Shown: piece by piece, positions 1 through 8,782 of the stretch
Layout of the letters: each line of letters starts with the position of its first letter
Numbering within the stretch: the first letter of the stretch is position 1
Assembly (NCBI GenBank): GCA_963850255.1
Contig: CAWKLL010000030.1
Location: 1,958-65,957, forward strand
From: an uncultured Gammaproteobacteria bacterium
GTDB lineage: Bacteria; Pseudomonadota; Gammaproteobacteria; Steroidobacterales; GCA-2729495
Length of the DNA: 64,000 bases
Direction: 5' to 3'
The notes under the pieces: model-generated
What the model was told of the DNA's origin: nothing
The model's input: only the letters and a program-made list of their open reading frames with translations
Database searches by the model: none
Position numbers and translations under genes: made by a program

Positions 1-162
1 ATCCTGCAGGTCGATGAAGGGCTGCGCACTTTGTAGCAAACCGAGTCGCAGACTGGCAGATGCTACGGATACGCGGCGCGCTGTCGCTGCATCGGCCAGT
101 GGAATGCGCACTGCGCCCAAGGCCCCTGCCGACATCAGCAGTTGTCGACGCGTCAGCGCCAT
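1..162 (-). CDS. partial CDS: N-terminal 54 codons of an exported protein with a twin-arginine-type signal; the rest lies outside the window
   Basis: Reverse-strand ATG at 160-162, 5 nt after the stop of the upstream gene. Translation MALTRRQLLMSAGALGAVRIPLADAATARR... has an RR motif plus a hydrophobic core. The ORF is open to the window edge. Confidence 0.45.
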   Translation of the reverse strand, partial: MALTRRQLLMSAGALGAVRIPLADAATARRVSVASASLRLGLLQSAQPFIDLQD

Positions 163-167
163 ACCGT

Positions 168-1211
168 CTAGTTTCCCGACGGCGGCGTAATCACGCCGGC
201 TTTCACCAGGTTGCGATAGGCCTCGGCCTGCACTTCGAGAATCCGCTCGCGCGAGTCCATCGGCTTGTCGGCAAAGCTGTTCGGCGGATAGAGCGTGGTC
301 TGATTGTAGAGCGGGCGGTAAATATCCAGTCGCTGGCGCAGCAGCCGATTGCCGGAGCCCGGCAGTGAGCGCACACGGCGCAGCGCCTCCACATCGATCC
401 AGTCTGAAGCAACCGTCGATTCGCCCGGTCCGCCGGTGTTGGCCAGCACCCGGCCATCCCAGTCGTAAATTTTCGAGTGACCGGCCGTTTGACCCTGTGG
501 CAGCAGCCCGCCTATCTGCCCGGTCTGGTTGGCCGAGACCAGGAACATCATGTTTTCCGAGGCGCGGGTTTTCTTCGCTGACTCCCAGCTCCACATGTCC
601 GAGGCGCCGTGGTCGGAGGTCGGATGCAGCAGCACTTCGGCGCCGCGCAGCATGAACATGCGCGCCGCCTCCGGATACATGATTTCGCCACAGGGCATCA
701 TGGCGATATTGCCAAGCTCGGTTTTCGCCACCGGGAAAGTGCCTTCAATACCGTAGCGATCGAGGTACTCGTCCATCATGTCGTGCGGCGAACCGGTGTA
801 CACGGTATTGATGCGCCGATATTTCAACACGATGTCGCCGGCCGGGTTAATCAGGTAGCAGCAATTGAAATAGCGGCCGGGCCACGTCGGGTCGCGCTCG
901 TAGGAATTCGCGCCGATCCAGATCTTTGAGTTCTGCGCCTCGCGCTGCAGACGCTCGACTTCCGGGCCGGGAATTTCGATACAGGCTTTTTCCAGCCACT
1001 CGTCGGCGCTTTCGACCAGTGGGAAACCCGTCAGGCAGAACTCCGGGAACAACGCGAGTTGCGGCGGGCCGCGGCGAGCAACGCCGCGAATAAGCTCGAT
1101 CCAGCGGTCGATGGAGCGGTTGACGATGACCATCGCCTCGTCACGATTTTGGGCTTCGTTGACGAGGTTGCAATAGACCTGCATGCAGGTCGCGCGCCAG
1201 GGCTGAACCAT
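168..1211 (-). CDS. carbon-nitrogen hydrolase (nitrilase-superfamily amidase)
   Basis: 347-aa ORF. LFPEF (Glu), LKYRRIN (Lys) and MPCGEIMYPE (Cys) match the nitrilase-superfamily E-K-C triad contexts. A GGGAG RBS lies upstream of the ATG. Confidence 0.8.
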   Translation of the reverse strand: MVQPWRATCMQVYCNLVNEAQNRDEAMVIVNRSIDRWIELIRGVARRGPPQLALFPEFCLTGFPLVESADEWLEKACIEIPGPEVERLQREAQNSKIWIGANSYERDPTWPGRYFNCCYLINPAGDIVLKYRRINTVYTGSPHDMMDEYLDRYGIEGTFPVAKTELGNIAMMPCGEIMYPEAARMFMLRGAEVLLHPTSDHGASDMWSWESAKKTRASENMMFLVSANQTGQIGGLLPQGQTAGHSKIYDWDGRVLANTGGPGESTVASDWIDVEALRRVRSLPGSGNRLLRQRLDIYRPLYNQTTLYPPNSFADKPMDSRERILEVQAEAYRNLVKAGVITPPSGN

Positions 1212-1322
1212 GATGACTCCCGGGATTTAGCGTATTTATTCATGTTAGTGGATGGCCAACACGGGAGCGAACCAAAGGCCATGGCCAACCTCAGCGAGAA
1301 CAGCGCAGCAGGCTGAAGCGAA

Positions 1323-3446
1323 TTATTTAGCGGTGATAAACGCGTCTACACGCGTCGCGGCATTGGCGCGCACCGCCTGATAGAACAGCGCATAGTCACC
1401 CAGGTGCCAGATGCCGCCCGGCATTGCCAGCGGTTTGAATTCAGCGCCCGGCGCTTGCGCCAGAAACAACGCACCATCATCGCAGTCAGCACCACCGGCA
1501 AGTGACGAGGCGGCAGGCAGCGGTGCAGGTCCCGGCGACGGCACCACGGCAACGGCGTCCGCTGTGGCCCAGGCTAGCGGATTGTTGCACTGAATCGAGT
1601 CGTCGCCGATCCGTTGGATTATCTCAGCGGATCGGCTGCGTGCAGAACTGCGCCAGCGCGTCGCGTCGGCCTCGGGCCCGAAACTGTTCCAGCTAACAAT
1701 ACAGCCCGTGGCCGATTCATCCTGGCAGGGCGAGAGCCTGGCCAGGTCATCCTGGTAACGCGCTTGCGCAACACCGATTCCGACAACGTAAGCCGCGACC
1801 AGGCGCTGTCGCCAGGGTTCCCTGTCGGCCACTTCCCGGGCGAGTCGCAGCGCATGCAACGCCCCCTGGCTATGGCCGGCAATAATGAACGGCCGCTCGG
1901 AGCGCGCGACGAATTCCGAAAAGGCACGACGCACATCGCCGTAGGCCAGATCGTAGGCCTCGGTACCGCGACCGGTGCGATCCATTAATGATTTGAGCGA
2001 GGCCTGACGATACCGCGGCGCATACACGGCACAACAGTTATTAAACGCACTTGCCTGGCCTTTGATGACGGTATCGGTGACAGGCGTCACGCGCGGATCA
2101 TCGATGGCCGCATGCCATTCGCGCGGGTTAAGGAAAGTCGTCGGGTGAATAAAAAATACATCGGCCGGCGCGTCTGCCTGTTTGTCCTGCTCGCCGGGCG
2201 GTGTGAAATCCGCGGCGTCCTGCCGCTCCGGCAAGGCTGCCCAAGCATCAGCTTGGGCATAGTCCGGCGACGGACTCGCTGTTTCGCCGCTGAAACCGGC
2301 CACCAGCAGATTGATAAAGGCCACGTCATCCCAGTCCCAGCGAATCACACCGGTGCGCACCACCACCGTTTGCAACGCCGGCAGGATGTACACGCGCTGG
2401 CCGCCGCGTCCCTCGAAAAATATGACCGGTGTTACCAGCTGGCCGGATAGCGCCAGCTTGCCTGGCTCGCGCACTTCAGTGAACACGCGCTCCCTGTCAT
2501 CGCCATCGAGCAGCCAGATATGCATGCCGAACTGCGGACCGCGCGCGGTAGTGATCATCTGCCCGATCCAGGAAGCTGGCAGGATCTGCTCGTCAGCCCA
2601 GCGCCCCTCGCCTAGCATCAGTTCACCAACGCGGGCCCAGCCGCGCGCGGTAGTCTGAAAACAGCAGAAGGTATGCGCGTTGCCGCCGGGACGATCCAGT
2701 CGCAGCCGGGCGCGACCGCCGCCGATGCGTGACCAGAAGCGCTCGCGGAAATAGTCCGGGTAATGCTGATCCGTGGCGCGTTCGACAATCAGCGACAACA
2801 ACTGGGTGGTTAGAAAATTAAAATCAAAGCTGGTGCCGGGCGGCCGCTTGAGGCGCAAATTGAGGATCGCGTCTTCGATATGCGAGGTCATGAAGGCGCG
2901 CGTGCCGGGCGCAAACGGCGATGGATCCACCGCGGGCTGATCGAGGCCGCTTTCCATGTATAACAAATCGCGCAGACTCATCTCGCCGCGCGGATCGTCC
3001 TGCCACTCGTCCAGATATTTGCTGACCGGGTCATCGATGGAATCGATATAGCCATCGGTAATGGCGGCGCCGACCATCAACGGCACCAGCGGTTTATGCA
3101 TCGACTGCGAGTCGGTCATGCGCTCGGCATCAAAGCCGGGACCGTAGTATTCCCACTGGATCGCGCCGCGGTACGAGACCAGCAGCGCGTAGCTTTCCAT
3201 CGTTTTGGCGTAGTCCGTTGCGGCCTGCAGCGAGGCCTCGGTAAAGACCCGCTCATCAGGCCGGGCAAACTGCAGATTCTCGACCTCGGGCGTGCCCACT
3301 TCCACCAGCGGCGTGAACCAGTCGATCTCCGCGACGGGGTTATCCGGACTGTTCAGGTAACGCAGCCAGAATCGCCAGTCACTCGCGAGCAGCAGAGTCG
3401 CGGCCAGAGCGACCGCGATAATCAACACTCCAAGCAGGCGCCGCAT
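1323..3446 (-). CDS. two-domain exported hydrolase: N-terminal beta-lactamase/PBP-like serine hydrolase fused to a C-terminal DUF3089-type alpha/beta hydrolase
   Basis: 707-aa ORF with an N-terminal hydrophobic signal/anchor (MRRLLGVLIIAVALAATLLLA). SxxK motif in DSQSMHKPLV. After about residue 390 come ADVFFIHPTTF and the nucleophile elbow GHSQGALH, typical of DUF3089 lipase-like proteins. Confidence 0.7.
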   Translation of the reverse strand: MRRLLGVLIIAVALAATLLLASDWRFWLRYLNSPDNPVAEIDWFTPLVEVGTPEVENLQFARPDERVFTEASLQAATDYAKTMESYALLVSYRGAIQWEYYGPGFDAERMTDSQSMHKPLVPLMVGAAITDGYIDSIDDPVSKYLDEWQDDPRGEMSLRDLLYMESGLDQPAVDPSPFAPGTRAFMTSHIEDAILNLRLKRPPGTSFDFNFLTTQLLSLIVERATDQHYPDYFRERFWSRIGGGRARLRLDRPGGNAHTFCCFQTTARGWARVGELMLGEGRWADEQILPASWIGQMITTARGPQFGMHIWLLDGDDRERVFTEVREPGKLALSGQLVTPVIFFEGRGGQRVYILPALQTVVVRTGVIRWDWDDVAFINLLVAGFSGETASPSPDYAQADAWAALPERQDAADFTPPGEQDKQADAPADVFFIHPTTFLNPREWHAAIDDPRVTPVTDTVIKGQASAFNNCCAVYAPRYRQASLKSLMDRTGRGTEAYDLAYGDVRRAFSEFVARSERPFIIAGHSQGALHALRLAREVADREPWRQRLVAAYVVGIGVAQARYQDDLARLSPCQDESATGCIVSWNSFGPEADATRWRSSARSRSAEIIQRIGDDSIQCNNPLAWATADAVAVVPSPGPAPLPAASSLAGGADCDDGALFLAQAPGAEFKPLAMPGGIWHLGDYALFYQAVRANAATRVDAFITAK

Positions 3447-3453
3447 TGTCAGG

Positions 3454-4359
3454 CTAGGTCGGCTTGCGCGCTTTCATGAAGTCGAGGAAGTCGTTGCGGA
3501 AGTCGCCCCAGGTATCGATATCCAGAATGGCCGGCGCGTATTGCTCGACAGCGGCCAGCACTTTCGGCGGCAGCCCTTCCGGCCCGGACACTTTGCCGCC
3601 AAAGGCGCGGCCGAAAGTGCGGCCCGGCAGCTGGCCCATACCCAGCCAGGGATGCCAGCTGACCAGGTTCTGAAACTGCGCCTGCGCCGGTACCGAGCTG
3701 GTCTCGGGATTCAGCACATCGCTGATACTCGCCGAAAAAGTGAAAAACGAATCCCAGAAATAGGTGTCGCCGGCAGATTCTTTCGGCCACTTGTCGGGCT
3801 TGAACATGTTCGGAAAGGAGAACGACGACTGCGTCGGCATGAAAATCTGATCGCCAATCAGTTCAATGGCATTGGCTTCCGGCTTGAGCGTAGCGCCCTC
3901 CCCCGTTTCGACCCCGTCCGGTCCGATCACCACCTTGATGGGCCCACCGATAAACTGCCAGACCTCACGCGTCTCACCGGTGATGGGGTTAAGCCATTCA
4001 GTAATCGGTTCGTCGGAGTCAAAGTCGGTATACACGCCAACTTCGTAATTCTTGCCGGCAAACTTGCCATCAGCCGTTGGCTCCCAGCGCGCCACACTGT
4101 AGTTCATCATGCTGAATAGCGGCACGGCCGGCTTACCCGACTGATGCGCATAGACGTGCAAGCGGTAGTAGCTATGTGTGTCCTCGGCAATGGTCGAGCC
4201 GGAAATTTTCGCCCTGACCCGCGCCCGCTCGGCCGGATCGTCCAGTCGCAACTGTTTGGCGGCGGCCTGTGCCTCGGGAGAATGGGCGATATACGGCAGC
4301 GCAGCCAGGCCGGCACTGGAGGCCAGCAGGCGGCGGCGCGAGATGGATTGGTCTTTCAT
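3454..4359 (-). CDS. DUF1838 family protein with Tat signal
   Basis: 301-aa ORF. SRRRLLASSAGLAALPYIAHSPEAQA is a twin-arginine signal. The core (WLNPITGETREVWQFIGGP...) resembles DUF1838. The gene starts 7 nt from the downstream gene. Confidence 0.55.
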   Translation of the reverse strand: MKDQSISRRRLLASSAGLAALPYIAHSPEAQAAAKQLRLDDPAERARVRAKISGSTIAEDTHSYYRLHVYAHQSGKPAVPLFSMMNYSVARWEPTADGKFAGKNYEVGVYTDFDSDEPITEWLNPITGETREVWQFIGGPIKVVIGPDGVETGEGATLKPEANAIELIGDQIFMPTQSSFSFPNMFKPDKWPKESAGDTYFWDSFFTFSASISDVLNPETSSVPAQAQFQNLVSWHPWLGMGQLPGRTFGRAFGGKVSGPEGLPPKVLAAVEQYAPAILDIDTWGDFRNDFLDFMKARKPT

Positions 4360-4438
4360 CGGTCTACCTTTGTGTCAGCAATCGTCGAAAAGGCGAAGTA
4401 GCAAGAACTAATTGCTCAGCGGCGATTACTCACTCTGC

Positions 4439-6580
4439 TCAGCTTTGTAACTTGTAGCCAGCCCGACTCAGGGGCAGCGTGCGAATACGGATACCGCTGG
4501 CGGCAAACAGCGCGTTGGTGAGGGCCGGCGCAGCGATGCTGGTGGCAATTTCGCCGACACCACCAGGGGACTTGTCACTGTCGACCAGTTGCACACGGAT
4601 CCGCGGTGCCTCGTTCATCCTTAATACAGGTTGACGATCAAAGTTGCCGGGAATCGCCTGCCCGTCACGGATTTCAATATCGCCGTAGAGCGCGGCGCAG
4701 AGTCCGTAATGAAAACCGCCCTGGATCTGGCTCTCTACGATCGCCGGGTTAACGATCGTGCCGGCGTGAATGGCGCAGGCGACATCGTGAACATTAATCT
4801 TTTGTCCGTCCAGCGTTACGTCCATGACGGCGGCGCAGACCGAATCCCAGCCGCGCACCATGGCCAGGCCCCAGCCGCGATTCGGATCCTGGCGCGGGCC
4901 AAAATCAAATATCTCGGCAAGCGCGCCCAGGGCCAGCTGCGCCTGCTCATCCTCGGCGGATAACTTGCGACGAAAGGCCAGCGGATCCTGGCCGGCTGCT
5001 GCGGCCAGCTCGTCGATAAAACTCTCGGCGAAAAATCCATTCTCACTCAGCAATGTCGCGCGCCAGATGCCGAACGGCACACTGACGTCGGCGCGCGTGT
5101 AGCTGATCTTTTGATGAGGTATCTGGTAAGCATCACCCGTCACGGCCGTCGCATGCATGGGCCCGATAAACTGGGCCGGCGTTCTGAAGTCCTCCGCCAG
5201 GGTTGGCCCGGTGGTGTTGGCCTGAACGGCCGTCAATTGGCCTTTGGCATCCAGCGCACCGCGATAAGCGGCGCCCATGGCCGGACGGTATTCGTCATGG
5301 CGCACATCCTCTTCGCGCGACCAGATCAGCTGCACCGTGCCGCCAGTTGCGCGCGCGATCAATGCAGCCTGTACGGAAAAGTCCGTGTAGCTGCGCCGAC
5401 CAAAGCCGCCGCCGCTCAGCAGGGTATGCACCGTGACATTCTCCGCCGGCAATTCCAGGGCCGCGGCAACATTGACTACCGTCTTGGTCTGCGACTGGAC
5501 CGGCGCCCAGACATCCACCTGGTCGTTGTTAACGCGCACGGTGGCGTTCATCGGCTCCATGCACAGGTGCGCGAGGAAGGGCACCTGGTAGCGCGCCTCG
5601 ACAATTTGTGCGGCGTTGGCAAAGGCCGTGGTGACATCGCCGGTTTCTTTGCCGGTGACACCCGACTCCATCGCTACGGCCCCCTGCGCTGCCTCAATCT
5701 CGGCCGAGCCTTGCCGTGTTGCGTCGGCCAAGTCCCAGACCGGCTGCAAGGCCTTGAGTCCCTGCAAAGCGTGCCAGTAGTGATCGGCGACGACGGCCAC
5801 GGCATCGTCCAGTTCCACCACTTGAGAGACACCCGGCAAGGCCATGGCCGGTGCCGGATCAACGGACTGCAGACGCCCGCCATAGGTCGGGCAGGCCAGC
5901 AGTGTCGCCGTCTGCATATCTTCGACGCTGGCATCGATGCCATAGACCGCCGACCCGTTCAATTTGTCCGGCACGTCCAGGCGCGGCAAAGGCTTGCCGA
6001 TCAACTGCCATTCAGAGCGCGGCTTGAGTTTGGGCTGCGCCGGGATCGGCAGCTGCGCGGCAGCCGCGGCCAGTTCGCCATAGCCCGCGCTGCGACCCGA
6101 GGCGGCATGACTAATCCGCCCGGCACTGGCCGTGCACTCGCTGACCGGCACCTGCCAGCGCTCGGCAGCCGCCGCCGTGAGCATCTCGCGCGCCGCTGCG
6201 CCGGCCTCGCGCAACAAGGTGAAATGGCGCATCACGCTGTCGCTGCTGGCGGTCATGCGCTTGCCGTTCTTGGTGCGAAAACGCGGCGCGGAATCGGGCA
6301 TCTCGGTGCGCACGGCAGACCAGTCCACCCCGAGCTCTTCTGCCACCAGCGCCGGCATGGCTGTCAGCACGCCCTGACCGATTTCGGACTGCGCGGTGTA
6401 GATAGTAACGATGCCGTCGGAGTGAATGCGGATCCAGACCGCGAGATCGGTCTCGACAACCTCGGCCGTTTCCAGTTCACCCGTGGCCGGGTTTCGACAA
6501 CCGACCAGCAAGCTGCCGGCGATGGCGCCCGCCCCTGCCAGCAGCCTGCGACGGTTGATGGAAACAGTGGATAGCGACAT
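4439..6580 (-). CDS. molybdopterin-binding large subunit of a xanthine dehydrogenase/aldehyde oxidase family enzyme (IorB-like), Tat-exported
   Basis: 713-aa ORF. Tat signal NRRRLLAGAGAIAGSLLVGC. Family-typical blocks are present throughout (QSEIGQGVLTAMPALVAEELG, LSGGGFGRR, GGVGEIATSIAAPALTNA). Confidence 0.85.
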   Translation of the reverse strand: MSLSTVSINRRRLLAGAGAIAGSLLVGCRNPATGELETAEVVETDLAVWIRIHSDGIVTIYTAQSEIGQGVLTAMPALVAEELGVDWSAVRTEMPDSAPRFRTKNGKRMTASSDSVMRHFTLLREAGAAAREMLTAAAAERWQVPVSECTASAGRISHAASGRSAGYGELAAAAAQLPIPAQPKLKPRSEWQLIGKPLPRLDVPDKLNGSAVYGIDASVEDMQTATLLACPTYGGRLQSVDPAPAMALPGVSQVVELDDAVAVVADHYWHALQGLKALQPVWDLADATRQGSAEIEAAQGAVAMESGVTGKETGDVTTAFANAAQIVEARYQVPFLAHLCMEPMNATVRVNNDQVDVWAPVQSQTKTVVNVAAALELPAENVTVHTLLSGGGFGRRSYTDFSVQAALIARATGGTVQLIWSREEDVRHDEYRPAMGAAYRGALDAKGQLTAVQANTTGPTLAEDFRTPAQFIGPMHATAVTGDAYQIPHQKISYTRADVSVPFGIWRATLLSENGFFAESFIDELAAAAGQDPLAFRRKLSAEDEQAQLALGALAEIFDFGPRQDPNRGWGLAMVRGWDSVCAAVMDVTLDGQKINVHDVACAIHAGTIVNPAIVESQIQGGFHYGLCAALYGDIEIRDGQAIPGNFDRQPVLRMNEAPRIRVQLVDSDKSPGGVGEIATSIAAPALTNALFAASGIRIRTLPLSRAGYKLQS

Positions 6581-6637
6581 GAGTATTACCCGCTCAACGA
6601 GCCCGATTGAGCCCAGTATGCCAAGATCCCTGTGGCC

Positions 6638-8395
6638 TCAGTCAACCGCAAGGTCGCGGGCAACGCGTAGACCGAAGATCTGCGAAGCAAAATCTTCCGG
6701 GTCACGACCGCGGAAGCTCGGCCGCTGCCAGCGCAGGCTGGTTCGCCAGCTGCCGCCTTTCACCACGCGGCGATCGCAGGCTCCTGAGTCTGCCTCAATG
6801 GGCGTCTCATCGACGGATTCAGGCGGATAAGGCGCCACATAACAGTCCTGGGTCCACTCCCAGACATTACCGACCATGTCGTAGGCGCCGAAGCTGTTCG
6901 GCTTTAGTTGGCCGACGGGGCTAACGATGGTAAAGCCGTCGCGGCAGTCTGTTACGTCCCACGGCATATCAGGGTTACGACCCGAGTTATCGTAAATATT
7001 CGCATAATCGCAGCCGCCCTCACCCGTGTCGCCCCAGGGAAAGACCGTCGTCGCACGCGACCTCGCCACGTATTCCCACTCGGCTTCGCTGAGCAGACGG
7101 TATTGAATCCCCGTCTTGTCCGATAACCAGGCCAGGTAGGCATTGGCGTCGGGCCAGCTGATACAGACCACGGGCTCCTTATCGGCAGGCGGGCGGCCGT
7201 AGCCCGGGTCACGCCAGGTCACACCGGGTTCGCGCCGCACGTCCATTTCCTTGGGAAAGAAAAGATTACAGCCGTCAGCAGAAGAGTGTCCGGTATCAGC
7301 AACAAACGCTGCGTACTGCGCGTTGGTGACTTCGTAGCGACCGATGGCAAAGGGGCGCGTGATCGTGACCTTGTGGATCGGTCCCTCGGGTCGGTCATCG
7401 CTGCCGTCATTACTGCCCATCATGAACTCGCCGGGCGGTACCACCACCATCTCGGGACAGCCTTCGCAATCTGAAAATACCGTGCCGGGTTTGCTCGCCC
7501 AGTGCGCTTCGCGGGCGAAGCGAGCCAGGTCGCTGTTAAATGTCTCCGGTGCTTCAGCGAACGGTGCATGGCCCAGGCCAGGATAAATTCGAACGCTGAC
7601 TCTTGGCAGCATTGAGGCTGCGGCCTCGATGGTTGCCGGCGGAACCAGCTGATCAAGTTCGCCGCCGGACAGGCGCACCGGCAGCTGCAATTGCGCGGCG
7701 AGATCTGCGTTGTCGACACGGGTGAAGCCCATCGCCTTTTTCGCGTAGACCGGCATCATGGCGTAGGCCCACAACTGTTGCTCGACCCACTCAGCCGGCA
7801 TCTCGGCCGCGGTGAGCCGACGGACACTGCTCAGCCCGGCGCGCAGGTTGCCGCGAATATCGGGCGAAAGCATGTCGCTCACCCAGTCCGGATCGGGGGG
7901 TTCCCGCGACGCTGAAGGCTGCACAATCAGGCCCACCGAACCCACCAGCTGCAAGCCGGCCACCTGCGCGATACCCCGGTTACGCAGGTAGTGCAGCGAA
8001 ACCTGGCCACCGAATGACCAGGCCACCAGCACCGGTCGCTCCAGGCCCGTCGCGGCAATAATACGGGCGATGTCTTCTGCCCACACTTCCGGTGAATAGT
8101 CCTCCGTGCGCCAGGGCTTGCCCGAGTTGCCGTGGCCGCGCAGATCAAAGGCGACCAGGTGAAACTCGTTCTGCAGCGCAGAATCCTTCAGCTGCGCTTG
8201 CCAGCTCAGCGCTGACTGGGAGAATCCGTGTAGCAGCAAAATACCCGGGTTAGCCGTATCGCCTGTTTCCACGACGTTGATCGGCACGTCGCCCGCACCC
8301 GGCACGCTGGAAAAACGCAATTCACCGGTTGATTCCGCGTGGACTGATGCAGCCAGCAGAATCAGGCCGATTATTGTTGGCGGCAAACGCATCAT
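6638..8395 (-). CDS. secreted fusion protein: alpha/beta hydrolase + formylglycine-generating-enzyme (SUMF1/EgtB/PvdO) domain
   Basis: 585-aa ORF with a signal peptide (LILLAASVHAEST). The N-terminal half has LLLHGFSQS and VAWSFGG (nucleophile elbow variant). The C-terminal half has the FGE-sulfatase hallmarks YRLLSEAEWEYVAR, GNVWEWTQD and VVKGGSW. Confidence 0.75.
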   Translation of the reverse strand: MMRLPPTIIGLILLAASVHAESTGELRFSSVPGAGDVPINVVETGDTANPGILLLHGFSQSALSWQAQLKDSALQNEFHLVAFDLRGHGNSGKPWRTEDYSPEVWAEDIARIIAATGLERPVLVAWSFGGQVSLHYLRNRGIAQVAGLQLVGSVGLIVQPSASREPPDPDWVSDMLSPDIRGNLRAGLSSVRRLTAAEMPAEWVEQQLWAYAMMPVYAKKAMGFTRVDNADLAAQLQLPVRLSGGELDQLVPPATIEAAASMLPRVSVRIYPGLGHAPFAEAPETFNSDLARFAREAHWASKPGTVFSDCEGCPEMVVVPPGEFMMGSNDGSDDRPEGPIHKVTITRPFAIGRYEVTNAQYAAFVADTGHSSADGCNLFFPKEMDVRREPGVTWRDPGYGRPPADKEPVVCISWPDANAYLAWLSDKTGIQYRLLSEAEWEYVARSRATTVFPWGDTGEGGCDYANIYDNSGRNPDMPWDVTDCRDGFTIVSPVGQLKPNSFGAYDMVGNVWEWTQDCYVAPYPPESVDETPIEADSGACDRRVVKGGSWRTSLRWQRPSFRGRDPEDFASQIFGLRVARDLAVD

Positions 8396-8414
8396 CTTGG
8401 CTGGCAGGACCTGC

Positions 8415-8645
8415 TCAGGAAGAAACTCGATTCAGGATCTCAATCGCGGCCCTTTCACCCGACTCCATCGCCGATTCCATACCGACTTCAAGTCGCCGCG
8501 TGTGCTCGCCGGCGAAGTGCAGGCGGTCATGGGCAACCAGCATGGTATCGCGGAATCGGGACACCTGTCCCGGTGCGTAGTTGTGGCGGTTTGCTGCCTG
8601 GACTGGTGGGCCGCGGATCTGGGCTGCCTGTTGGTCCGAAGCGTG
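8415..8645 (-). pseudogene. C-terminal remnant (about 76 codons) of a flavin-containing amine oxidase
   Basis: A reverse frame not reported as a track ORF reads ...NYAPGQVSRFRDTMLVAHDRLHFAGEHTRRLEVGMESAMESGERAAIEILNRVSS*. This matches the conserved C-terminal FAD-binding end (R-L-x-FAGE-HT ... G-x-MEGA-x-xSG-xRAA) of amine oxidases. An upstream in-frame stop lies at 8646-8648 and no N-terminal Rossmann part is present. Confidence 0.45.
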
Positions 8646-8782
8646 TTACGTCGATGGCAGCGAGAACACCCACTAGATCGATGACGAAAAAATTGCCGCC
8701 GCCCTGTGCAGCTATTCAAGTTTAGAATGCGGCGTTGCGCGAGTAGCGTAGCCCTGCCATTGCACAACCCCAGGAACCAACC

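Noticed and set aside
5111-6574. 487-aa plus-strand ORF antisense to the IorB-like gene
   Set aside because: It is Arg/Gly/Ala/His-rich and low-complexity, with no recognisable motifs. Long antisense ORFs are expected in GC-rich coding DNA, and the opposite strand carries an unambiguous family match.
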